The notes beneath the pieces were generated by a model. That model made no database searches, had not been told where the DNA came from, and was given only the letters and a program-made list of their open reading frames with translations. This document shows, piece by piece, positions 12,999 to 25,500 of a stretch of 64,000 nucleotides of DNA (positions within the stretch are counted from its first letter, which is position 1; the number at the start of each line of letters is the position of its first letter). The position numbers and the translations under genes were made by a program. Source of the DNA: the human T2T-CHM13v2.0 reference genome, Homo sapiens; the NCBI RefSeq assembly GCF_009914755.1, contig NC_060927.1; one strand, written 5' to 3'.

Positions 12999-15900
12999 AT
13001 GAGAGGATCAAATTCACACATAACAATATGAGCCACAAATGTAAATGGGCTAAATGCCCCAGTTAAAAGACACAGACTGGTAAATTGGATAAAGAGTCAT
13101 GACCCATCTGTGTGCTGTATTCAGGAGACACATCTCATGTGCAAAGACACACGTAGGCTCAAAATAGAGGTACGTATGAATATTTGCCAAGCAAATGGAA
13201 AGCAAAAAAGCAGGGGTTGCAATCCTAGTCTCTGACAAAGCAGAGTTTAAACCAACAAAGATCAAAAAAGGCAAAGAAGGGCATTACATAATAGTAAAGG
13301 GATCAATGCACCAAGAAGAACTAACTATCCTAAATATATACGCACCCACTACAGAAGCACCCAGATTCATAAAGCAAGTCCTTAGAGACCTACAAAGAGA
13401 CTTAGATTCCCACACAATAATAGTGGGAGACTTTAACACTCCACTGTCAATATTGTACAGTACAACAAGACAGAAAATTAAGAAGGATATTCAGGACTTG
13501 AATTCAGCTCTGGACCAAGTGGATCTAATAGATATCTGCAGAACTCTCCACCCCAAATCAACAGAATATACATTCTTCTCAGCACCGCATTGCACTTAAT
13601 CTAAAATTGATGACATAAATGGAAGTAAAACACTCCTCTGCAAATGCAAAAGAATGGAAAACATAACAAACAGTCTCTCACATTATAGTGCAATCAAATT
13701 AGAACTCAGGATTAAGAAATTCACTAAAAACTGCATAATACATGGCAAATGAACAACCTGTTATTAAGTGACTACTGCATAAAGAACAAAATTAAGTTAG
13801 AAATAAATAAGTTCTTTAAAACCAATGAGAACAAAGACACAACATATCAGAATCTCTGAGACACAGCTAAAGCAGTGTTTAGCGGTAAATTTTTGGCACT
13901 AAATGCCCACAGGAGAAAGTGGGAAAGATCTAAACTCAACACCCTAACATGACAATTAAAAGAACTAGAGAAGCAAGAGCAAACAAATTCAAAAGCTAGC
14001 AGAAGACAAGAAATAACTAAGATCAGAGCAGAACAGAAGAAGACAGAGACATGAAAACCCTTCAAAATATCAATGAATCCAGGGGTCTTTTTTTTTTTGA
14101 AAAAATAAAATACACAGACCACTAGCCAGACTAATAAAGAAGAAAAGAGAGAAGAATCAAATAGACACAATAAAAAAATGATAAAGAGGATATCACTACT
14201 GATCCCATGGAAAATACAAACTACCACCAGAGAATACTATAAACACCTCTACATAAATAAACTAGAAAATCTAGAAGAAATGGATAAATTCTGGACACAT
14301 ACACCCTCCCAAGATTAAACCAAGAAGAATTCAAATCCCTGAGTAGACCAATAACAAGCTCTGAAACCAAGGCAGTAATTAATAGCCTACCAACCAAAAA
14401 AAGCTCAGGACCAGATAAATTCACAGCCAAATTCTATCAGAGGTACGAAGAGGAGCTGGTACCATTACTTCTGGAACTATTTCAAACAATAGAAAAAGAG
14501 GGACTTTTCCCTAACTCATTTTATGAGGCCAGCATCATCCTGATACCAAAACCTGGTAGAGACACAACAACAAAAAAATAAAATTTCAGGCCAATATCCC
14601 TGATTAACATTGATGTGAAAATCCTCAACAAAATATTGGGAAACTGAATCCGGCAACACATTAAAAAGCTTATCCACCATGATCAAGTTGGCTGCATCCC
14701 CGGGACAAAAGGCTGGTTCGACATACACAAATCAATAAACATAATCCATCACATAAACAGAACCAATTACAAAAACCAATGATTATCCCAATAGATGCAG
14801 AAAAGGGCTTTGATAAAGTTTAATACCCTTTCAGGCTAAAAACTCTCAATAAAGTAGGTATTGATGGAATGTATCTCAAAATAATAAGCTATTCATGACA
14901 AACCCACAGCCAATATCATACTGAATGGGCAAAAGATGCAAGCATTCCCTTTGAAAACTGGCACAAAACAAAGCTGCCCTCTCCTATAACTCCTATTCAA
15001 CATAGTTTTGGAAGTTCTGGCAAGGGCAGTCAGGCAAGAGAAAGAAATAAATATATTCAAATAGGAAGAGAGGAAGTCAAATTATCTCTTTTTGCAGAGG
15101 ACATGATTGTATATTTAGAAAACCCCATCATCTCAGCCCAAAATCTCCTTAAGCTGATAAGCAACTTCAGCAAAGTCTCAGGATATCAATGTGCAAAAAT
15201 CACAAGCATTCCTATACACCAATAATAGAAAAACCAAGAGCCAAATCATGAGTGAACTCCCAGTCACAATTGCTACAAAGAAAATAAAATACCTAGGAAT
15301 GCAACTTACAGGGATGTGAAGGACCTCTCCAAGGAGAACTACAAACCACAGCTCAAGGAAATAAGAGAGGACACAAAGAAATGGAAAAACATACCATGCT
15401 TATGGATAGGAAGAATCAATATCTTGAAAATGGTCATACTGCCCAAAGTAATTTATAGGTTCAATGCTATTCCCATTAAGCTACCATTGACTTTCTTCAC
15501 AGAATTAGAAAAAACTATTTCAAATTTCAGACGGAACCAAAAAAGAGCCCACATAGCCAAGACAATCCTAAGCAAAAACAAACAAACAAACAAACAAACA
15601 AAAAAACAAAGCTGGAGGCATCATGCTACCTGACTTCAAACTATGCTACAAGGGTACAGTAACCAAAACAGCATGGCACTGGTACCAAAACAGATATATA
15701 GACCAATGGAACAGAAGAGAGTCCTCAGAAGTAACACCACACATCTGCAACCATCTGATCTTGGACAAACCTGACAAAAACAAGCAATGGGGAAAGGATT
15801 CCCTATTAAATAAATGGCGTTGCGAAAATTGGCCAGCCATATGCAGAAAACTGAAACTGGACCCATTCCTTACACCTTATACAGAAATTAACTCAAGATG

Positions 15901-16839
15901 GATTAAAGATTTAAATGTAAGACCTAAAACCATAAAAACTCTAGAAGAAAACCTAGGCAATACCATTCAGCACATAGGCATGGGCAAATACTTCATGACT
16001 GAAAAACCAAAAGCAATTGCAACAAAAGCTAAAATTGACAAATGGGATCTAATTAAACTAAAGAGTTTCTGCAGAGCAAAAGAGACTATCATTAGAGTTA
16101 ACAGGACACCTACAGAATGGGAGAAAATTTTTAAAATCTATCCATCTGAGAAAGGGCTAATATTCAGAATCTACCAAGAACTTATACAAATTTACAAGAA
16201 AAAAACAAACAACTCCATCAAAAATTGGGCAAAGGACATGAAAAGACACTTCTCAAAAGAAGACATTTATGTGGCCAACAAATATATGAAAAAAAGCTCA
16301 TCATCACTGATCATTAGAGAAATGCAAGTCAAAACCACAATGAGTTACCATCTCACACCAGTTGGAATGGCGATCATTAAAAAGTCAGGAAACAACAGAT
16401 GCTGGAGAGGATGTGGAGAAATAAGAATGCTTTTACACTGTTGGTGGGAGTGTAAATTAGTTCAACCACTGTGGAAGACAGTGTGGCAATTCCTCAAGTA
16501 TCTAGAACTAGAAATACCATTTGACCCAGCAATCCCATTTCTGAGTAGAAAACCAAAGGATTATAAATCATTCTAGCTTAAAGACACTTGCATACATATG
16601 TTTACTGCAGCACTATTCACAATAACGAAGACTTGGAACAAACCCAAATGTCCATCAATGATAGACTGGATAAAGAAAATGTGGCACATATACACCATGG
16701 AATACTATGCAACCATAAAAAGGATGACTTCCTGTCCTTTGCAGGGACATGGATGAAGCTGGAAACCATCATTCTCAGCAAACTAACACAGGAACAGAAA
16801 AACAAACACTACATGTTCTCACTCATAAGTAGGAGTTGA
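12999..16839 (+). pseudogene. L1 ORF2p remnant (EN, RT, Cys-rich domain; disrupted)
   Basis: EN motifs (KAGVAILVSDK, NIYAP, IVGDFNTPLS); 317-aa open stretch 15623-16576 with the C-terminal CWRGCGE...HCWWEC motif; many stops/frameshifts elsewhere. Confidence 0.93.
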
Positions 16840-17045
16840 GCAATGAGAGCACATGGACACATGAGGGGAACATCACACACTGGGGCCTGTCGGGGGTAAG
16901 GTGCAAGGGGAGGGATACCATTAGCAGAAATACCTAATGCGGATGACAGGTTGATGGGTGCAGCAAATCACCATGGCACGTGTATACCTACGTAACAAAT
17001 CTGCACGTTCTGCACATATATCCCTGAACTTAAAGTATAATAAAC

Positions 17046-18814
17046 AAATCTTTGGTTCTTTTTTATGATATCTGTCTCTTTGATAAATTTCTCATTAATA
17101 TCCTGAATTGATGGCCTGTTTTGTTTTGAATTGTTTTTCAGAATTTTTTGGCATCTCTCTTAGCTAGTTTTGTATCAATATTTTAAATTATCTTTCTGAA
17201 ATTTTGTAAATTGTTTTTGATCGGCATCTTTTGCAGAAGAATTATTGTATTCTTTTTAAGGTGTTATGTTTTCTTGCTTTTTTATGTTTCTGTGCCCTTA
17301 CACTGATACCTGCACATCTGATGTTTCAGTCACTTTTTCCAATTTCTTAAACTTGCTTTTGTAGGAAAGAGTTTTTTCCTTATGATGTATCTATGGTATT
17401 GGTTGGAAAGGGCATTTTATCTTTGATTCTGTGTGGGTGAAGTAATGTAGTCTCTTTGACTCCTTCAGCTGTAAATAGTGTCAGCAGTATGCATGACTTC
17501 CTCAGTAGCTTAGGGTGCAATTGTTAGTTGTGGCAGTGGCAAAGTATTTTGGGGACTGGGATTCCAGGTAAGCCAGTCTTTGAGCCCCAGTAATGGTAAT
17601 GATGAGCTGAGTATGCCTTTGCTTGGGACCCAGGATGGCATATTCAGGCACCTGAGTTAGCGAGTCCAGACAGGCTGATTCTTTGACCTCCAAGTGACTT
17701 AAATGCTTTTAGACTGGTAAGATGTGTGGGTTTGGGGGACTTTGGGCAGCCAGTGTAATGTGGACAGTGGCAGTGGCAATGGTGGAACAACCATCTGGAT
17801 CTTGAACGATACACTCTGGTATTAGCATTTCCTGCAATAAGCTGAGCAGGCCAGTCTCCAAGCCCACAGGCAGTGCATGCAAGTAGATGCCAGCTGTGGT
17901 GGTAGTAGCAGGGTAGGTAGGCCCATCCTTAGTCCCCAAAGAGAAGGGTTCAGATTCCAATGATATTGGACTGGACCGAGCAATCTCTTGGCCCCTGGAC
18001 TGTGTGCTCTGGCCCAGGGTGGCATGGGCAAAACCAGGCCAGATGGGTTTGTTCTCAGGTCCCCTGATACTGTGTGCAGGGAAAGGCCATAGTAGGCAGG
18101 TGAGTGGCAATCCCCAGGCCACTGGCAGACTGCTTGAGTTGGGGGCAGCCTGCTGCTGGCAAAGGTAGGGTGACTTTCTTAGGCCAGCAGGTGGGAAACA
18201 CATGTTCCTCTTATGCCTCAGCCCCAGCAGTGGTAGCTGATGCTTTGGTTGTGTCTCAGCTCTGGCAGTGTCAGCTCATGCCTCACTTGTGCCTCAGCTA
18301 TAGGAGCATCAGCCTGTACTTCTCTTCTACTTCAGACCTGGGAGCACTGGGCCTCAAAACGGTCTGCAGCCTGTTCAAGGCAGGGCTCTAAAATGGCACC
18401 TCATTAACTTCCTAGGTCTCAGGGAGTGTGTGGGACCAAGTGTGAGCTTCCTCTCTGAAGCAGTGCTGTCACACAATCTCTAGATGCTCCCTAGTTAGTT
18501 TCATGGCCTGTGAATGTCAAGGGGCTCTCCCATACCTAGGATTGTAAGAGTCCATGGTGTGAGTGTGGGCAGCTGAGGGTCTCTCACTTACCCTTGTCCT
18601 ATATTGAGGAGTCTCTTTCGGCTCCCAGGCAATCCCAGCCAAACAGGCTGCCTTGCTTCCCTCTCCTTATTTGTTTTAGTTATTTCTAGTCACTTGTTTT
18701 GTTGTTGAATTCCTGTATTGTCTCTTGGGTGATCTATTAAAATGTGATCATCTACTCACTATTTTGGTTCTTAGTCAGGAAGGTGCTTACAGTCAGCTGT
18801 CTTAAAGCTCCTGA
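17046..18814 (-). mobile_element. L1MA4/5-like element, 5' portion (ORF1 N-terminus + GC-richer 5' UTR)
   Basis: Continues the antisense ORF1 across the L1PA7 TSD; ends gtcagctgtcttaaagctcc (reverse of an L1 start ggagc..aagatggctgac). Confidence 0.75.
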
Positions 18815-18859
18815 TAATAGATATTTTAAAATACTATGCTTATCAACTGATAATTACAC

Positions 18860-19480
18860 AGATTTTTCAAATGTGCAAATAACTTATTTCAAAATAAAGC
18901 TATGAAAAGATGCTCAGCATATTTAATTATCCAGATAAATCAAAATTCAAAATCATATCATTATGCAGTCACTAGAATTGCTAAAATAAAAGACCAACAA
19001 CACAACATGTAGGAGGAAGGGCAAAGCAATTAGTACTCTCATGTACTGCTGGTGTCATAATAAAATAAAACATACAATTAACTTATCACCCAACAATTCC
19101 CAGAAGTTTTCCCAAGAAAAATATAAAAATATATTTAATAAAAAAACTTATACGTTTCAGAATTAAATAATGTTAATGAAAGAATGTTAATTGAAATGTT
19201 ATTCTGAATGACAAAAATAAAAAAATCAAAATATTCATCAAAAGGATAACAGAAAAATAAATTATAGTATATACAGCCATTGGATACTATTTAGTTATCA
19301 AAAGGATAAAATACCGAGTTGATTACATGTATGTATCTCAATATTTTGTTGTGTTAAAAAACACATTTTGAAGAGTACCTACTATATGTTTTATTTCTAT
19401 GAATATCAATAACAGGGAAAATAAGCCTATATGCATAGAAATCAGAAAAGTGCTTGGCTTTAAGATTGAGAAGAAGAAAA
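18860..19480 (+). mobile_element. Old L1ME-type 3' fragment
   Basis: tatgaaaagatgctcagcat...actagaattgctaaaataaaagac...tactctcatgtactgctggt, then a degenerate 3' UTR. Confidence 0.6.
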
Positions 19481-19499
19481 ATAGGCAAAATAGATGAAA

Positions 19500-22050
19500 G
19501 GATAGAGGGTCCCAACAGAGAATTGTAATCTATTTAAACAGATCAAATAACACTGTAAAAGTGAATAATAAATTATTTAAAAGTTAACTCAGTAAATGTG
19601 TTTAACATATTTGAATTAAAATAAAAGAACACAGAAACATGGGAATGCAGGAGAGAATGAAGAACATCAAAAAAGACAAATGTATGGATAAATATAAATA
19701 AATATTGACTATGCACAACAATAATTGTAATTTTTTAAGTTATACATAGAAATGAAAATTTAGAGACCACCAACGAAGAAGATAAGAGTTGAGCAAATGG
19801 AGTTTAAAAGATATAATTTTCCTGTCATATTGGTAAAATGTAAACATATTTATTTCTATTATATTAAATAAAGGCATAGTAAAAAAGATATAAGAGAGTA
19901 TATAAATAGCATTTAAACAGAAAGAAAAATAAAATGACAAAGCATGGATAAAACTGAAAAAAAAATAAAAGGAAAAAGAAAAAGAAGCAGATGGTCAAAT
20001 TAGGAAATCAATGGTAATAAGGCAGAAAAACTTGTTAAGTAATTATGTTGAATATAAATGGACTATGTAAATCCAAGTAAAATATAAAACTGTTAAATGG
20101 TTAAAAATGCAAGCTTACTTGTATGCTGCTTACATGATATGCATTTTAAATATGTTAGGAATAATGTTGAAGGTAAAAGCATATACAAAATGTTATGCAA
20201 ATATTAACTATGAGAAAGCTGGAGTAACTATAGTAATACCAGACAAAGAAATTAAAGCAAGAGGCACTGCAAGATGTAAAGCAAGATATTTTAAAATAAT
20301 TAATAAAAGTTTAAATCTAAAGGAAACTGCCAAAATTCTAAATCCGTGTTTACCTAACAGTATAGCTTCATAAAGAAAAAAAAAACTGACAGAATAAAAG
20401 CATAAAGAAATTCACTAATATAGATGTAGATTTAACAACAACAAAAACCTCTTTAATATCTATTATAGTAACCACACCACACATCAATAATAATTTGAAA
20501 TAACAGTTCTGGTAATGAAATTATAATAAATGACAACACTTCCACTAGTTTGATGAAATTTCCAATTTAAAAAAATTTGTATAAAATATTCACAAAAAGC
20601 AAGTGTGTATTATTTTATTAAAAAAGCCTAAACAAATGTCTTAAGATTTTAAGCTTTTGTATCTTCTAACAACAAAGGGTGAAATTGTGATTAAAATATG
20701 AAATTGAAACTAGAGAAACAAAAAATACCAGGAAGTTAAGCAATATACATTTAAATGTCAAGGAAGACATCAATGAAAATTTGAAAATATTATGACATCA
20801 ATGATAATAAAGTAGAATATATAAAAGATTATGGTTTGCAGCTAAAACTGTAGTGTAGAAAAATGTATTAGAAAGAAATGCTGAAACTCAATGATTAACC
20901 TAACTCATTAAATCAGAAAATCCGTAACATTAAATTAAACTTAAGAAATGTAGAGGAGAAAATAATAAAGTCATGAACAACATATAAAGAAATGTAAAAA
21001 TAATTTAGAATAGAAAATATCAACAACTATAATGAGGACATATTACAAAAAAATCAACAATTATAATGAGGACATACTACAAACAAACAATAAATTTTAA
21101 TATTTGACAAAATGGATTAAATGTATAGGCACTTCAAAATAACTGATTGAAACCAAAAGAAACCAAAAGAAATATAATATTTTAATCTATTTTCTATTAA
21201 ATAAATGTAATGTTTTAATAACCTATATGCATTTACATACATTCAGAAATACAAATAGCTTCATTGTTTAATTCTTCCAAGTATTTAAAGAAGAAATAAC
21301 ACCAATCTTATATAGTGTTCCAGAAAATATTGTAATAAGTAACATTTTGTAAACTTTTTTATGAGGCCAGAATCAATTTAATTTTTCTATTTCACAAAGA
21401 TACTAATAACAAAAGAAATTATGAAACAATCTTTGTCATAAACATAGTTAAAAATTTATGAACAATTAAGCAAATATAATCCAACAACATGTAAAAATAA
21501 AAATTTAGTATAACCAAAAAATAGATTCAACATAATAATGATTCCATCTTGCTATTTTTTGAAAGAACATGGCATACCGATTCTATATAAATACAACAAG
21601 CAAAAAAAGAAAACCATGATAATCATGAGAAATAAAAGACTTTTAACAGCCTGTCAGAGTACTGAAACTGATATAAAAGTATCCTAATTAAGACATTGTG
21701 GTACTTACATAGAATAGGAAAATGACAAATAAATCAAAAGAGTTTAGAAGCATTTCTCCAAAATCAGCACATCAGAAAACTTTTTAGAATTTTTTTTAAT
21801 AACTAGTGTTTGAACAATTATATATCTGTATAAACAAAAATGTGACTTGTCTTATCTGGCAAAACTTACATCATTTAGTTTCAGATGGATTTCACCTAAA
21901 TATAATATTTTTAAAATAAAGATTAAGAAGACATCCTAATGACTTTGATTTAAGCAAAAGTTCTTAAACATGACTCACAAATCACTAACAATAAAATACA
22001 AAGTAATACATTGACATACACTGAAGTTATAAACTTGTATGCTTTAATAG
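19500..22050 (+). mobile_element. Old L1ME-type scaffold (inter-ORF + ORF2), resumes at about 37847
   Basis: EN-like ORF 20107 (YANINYEKAGVTIVIPDK); ttttttatgaggccagaatc and other degenerate ORF2 motifs. Confidence 0.7.
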
Positions 22051-22525
22051 TGTATTAGTCCAGTCTTACACTGCTATAAAGAACTACCTGAGACTGAGTA
22101 ATTTCTACAGATAAAAGGTTTAATTGACTCACAGTTCCACAGGCTGTACAGGAGGCATGGTTGTGGAAGCCTTGGTAAAATTACACTCAGGGCAGAAGGG
22201 TGAAGGAGAAACAAGCACATATTCACATACCAGCAGGAGAGAGAGATCTAAGGAGGAAGTGCTACACACTTTTATTAGGTTGGTGCAAAGGTAATTGTGG
22301 TTTTTGTATTACTCTCGATGGCAAAATTGCAGTTACTTTTGCACCAACCTAATAAACAACCAGATCTCATAAGAACTCTATCCAGAGATAGCACTAGGGG
22401 GATGGTGATAAACCATTAGAAACCACCTCCAGGATCCAATCACCTCCCACAAGGCCCCGCCTCCAACACTCAGAATCACAATTCAACATGAGATGCGGGT
22501 GGGGACACTGGGGCAAACCACATGA
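22051..22525 (-). mobile_element. MSTA MaLR solo LTR
   Basis: tgtattagtcc...cactgctataaagaactacctgagactg...caattcaacatgagatg...caaaccacatga; TSD AATAG/AATAC. Confidence 0.9.
22275..22352. mobile_element. MADE1 (Hsmar1-derived MITE)
   Basis: ttaggttggtgcaaaggtaattg...agttacttttgcaccaacctaa terminal inverted repeats, TA duplicated on both sides. Confidence 0.95.
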
Positions 22526-22572
22526 AATACAAAGTAAAATGAAACCCATAGTAAAAAGAAAGATGTCTACTA

Positions 22573-25500
22573 GGAGGTGGAGCAAAAGACAAAATAGAAG
22601 CCTCCATTGATTGCCACCCATCCCCACAAGGACACCAATTTCACAAATATCTAAACACACACACACACACACATACACAAAACAAAACAAAACAAAACAA
22701 AAAACCTTCATAAGAAAAAAAATCAGGTAAGCCCTCATAATACCCGGTTTTATCCTCACATTGCTGAAAGAGGCAATGAAGAGGTAGAAAAAACAGTCTT
22801 GGATCACTCACAGATGCCAACCCTCTCTCACCCACCAGCAGCAGTTGCTGTGGAGTGCAGCTCTGGGCAGTGAGGGAGGGAGAGCACAGCAACTGTGAGT
22901 CATTAAACTCAGTGCAGTCCTGTTAGAGCAGAAAAAGAAAATGGATCAAACTCAACTAATGCCTGCACACAGAGGGAGCATTTAAACCAGCTGTAGCCAG
23001 AAGGTAATTGCCAATCCTAGCAGTCAGAATTTGAGTTTTTGGAAACCTAGCCACTAAGGGCTAAAGTGCTCTAAGTCTCTAAGTAAACTTGATAGGCAGC
23101 ATAGGCCACAAGGACTATAATTCTTAGGTGAGTCCTAGTGGAGAACTGGGCCCAGAGACAGTGGACTGGGAAGCATACGACCTAACCCCAGGCTGCATGG
23201 CTTGCAGCTCCCAAAGAACCCCCTTCCTTCCACTTGAAGAGATGAGAGGGAAGAGTGGGGAGGACTTTGTCTTGAATCTTGGATACCAGCTTAGCCACAG
23301 CAGCATAGCGCAATAGTCAGAGTTGTGAGGCCCCTATTTCAAGCCCTACCTCTGGGGTGACATTACTGGACACACATTGGGCCAGAAGGGAAACTGCTAC
23401 TTGAAGGAAAGTACCCAGTGCTGGCAACATTCATTACCCATTACCTGAAGAGCCCTTTAGCTCTGAATAACAAGTAGTGATACCCAAAAGGTACTACTAC
23501 ACAGAGAGCCTTGGACGAGCCTCTGAGACTTGCTGGTTTCAGGTGAGACTCAATATTCCCAGCTGTGATGGCTATGGGGTGAGACTCTTTTTGCTTGAGA
23601 AAAGCAGAAGGAAAAGTTAAGAGGACATTTTATTGTACTTTAGGTACCAGCTCAGACACAGGAAGGTGGAGCACCAGGCAGGCTCATGGGGTTCCTGTTT
23701 CCAAGACTTGCCATATGAATAGCATTTATGGACCTTCTCTGGGCCAGAGGGGAGCCCCCAGTCCTGAGGGGTGAGTCCCACACCAGGCAGGATTTACTGC
23801 AAGCTGACTGAAGTGACCCTGTGCCTTAAAGAAACATTGGTGGTGGTCGGGTAGTACACCACAAGGCCTGTGGTGGTCATGGCTACAGGGTGAGGCTCCT
23901 CTATCTTTTGAAAGAAAGGAAAAGTGGAAAGGACTACATCTTGTGATTTGAGTGCTGGCTCAGCCACAGTATAATAAAACACCAGATAGACTTCTAAGGT
24001 GTTTGACTCTAGCCCCTGATGGCACTTCTGGACCTACCCAGGGCCTGAGGGATCTTGACACCCTGAAGGAAAAGATACAGACCTGTTTACTTTTGTCATC
24101 TGCTGATTGTAGAGCCCCATGGCCTTGAGAAAACATAGGCAGTAGCCATACTGGGCTTGGCCTGTTCCATAAAGCAGATAAAGCTTACATAACAACACCC
24201 AAGTTTCTTTAATACTGGAAAACGTTCTCAAAAAGGATGAGTATGAACAAGCTCAGACAATGAAGACTACAATAAATACCTGACTTTTCAATGTCCAGAC
24301 ACTAAGAGCATCTACTAGCATCACCACCATGCAGGAAAACATAACCTCACCAAATGAATCGAATAAGGCACCAGGGACCAATCATGGAGAAACAGAGATA
24401 TGTGACCTTTCAGAAAGATAATTCAAATATCTATGTTGAGGAACTCAAAGAAATTCAAGATAACACAGAGAAGGGATTCAGAATCCTATCAGATAAATTT
24501 AACAAAGATTGAGACAATTTAAAAGAATCAAGCAGAAATTCTGGAGCTGAAAAATGCAAGTGACACACTGAAGAATGCATCAGACTCCTTTAGTAGTGGA
24601 ATTTATCAAGCAGAAGAATTACTGAGCTAAAGACAGGTTATTTTAATATACACAGTCAGAGGAGACAAAAGAAAAAAGAAAAGAAAAACAATGAAGCATG
24701 CCTACACGTTGTAGAAAATAGTCTCAAAAGGGCAAATCTAAGAATTACTGGCCTCGAAGAGAAGGTAGACAAAAAGATAAGTTCATTCAAAAATTAATAA
24801 TGGAGAACTTCCCAAACCTAGAGAATGATATCAATATCCAAGTACAAGAAGGTTATAGAACACAAAACAGATTTACCCCAAAGAAGACTACCTTGAGGTA
24901 CTTAATAATTGAATTCCCAAAGACCAAGGATTAAGAAAGAATCCTACAAGAAAAAAGAAATAAAATTCAATGAAACTCCAGTATGTCTGGCAAAAGACCT
25001 TTCAGTGGATTACTTACAGGCCAGGAGAGAGTGGCATGACATATTTAAAGTGATGAAAGAAATAAATAAAGATGTTTACCCTAGAGTACGATATCCAGAG
25101 AAAATATACTTCAAACATGAAGGAGAGATAAAGGCCTTCCCAGACAAACAAAAGTGGAGAGATTTCAACACCAGACATGTCCTACGATAAATGCTGAAGG
25201 GACTACTTCAATCAGAAAGGAGAGGATGCTAGTGAACAACAAGTAATCATTGGAATGTATAAAACTCACTGATAATAAGTACAGAGGAAAACACAGAATA
25301 TTATAACACTGTAGCTGTGGTGTGTAAACTAGTTTTATCCTAAGTAGAAAGACTTGAATATGTACTAGTCAAAAATAATAACTTCTCAATAACAGATAGT
25401 GTGATAAGATGTAAATAGAAAGAATAAACAAATTAAAAGTAGGGGGGTGAGGATAAGGTGCAAAATTTTTATTCATTTCCTTTTTGCTAACTTGTTTGTT

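Larger units (their letters stand above)
10585..17045 (+). mobile_element. Full-length L1PA7-like LINE-1 (inactive)
   Basis: 5' UTR (caagatggc...), ORF1 and ORF2 remnants, L1PA7-type 3' UTR; perfect 14-bp TSD AAATCTTTGGTTCT at 10571-10584 / 17046-17059. Confidence 0.93.

Noticed and set aside
15623-16576. 317-aa ORF, the longest in the window, as a functional gene
   Set aside because: It is the C-terminal part of L1 ORF2p in an element whose upstream ORF2 has multiple stops and frameshifts; such residual open stretches are expected.
17709-18391. 164-aa (-) and 95-aa (+) ORFs in a GC-richer patch
   Set aside because: They lie in the 5' UTR of the antisense L1MA4-like element; no recognisable domain, and the higher GC explains the lack of stops.
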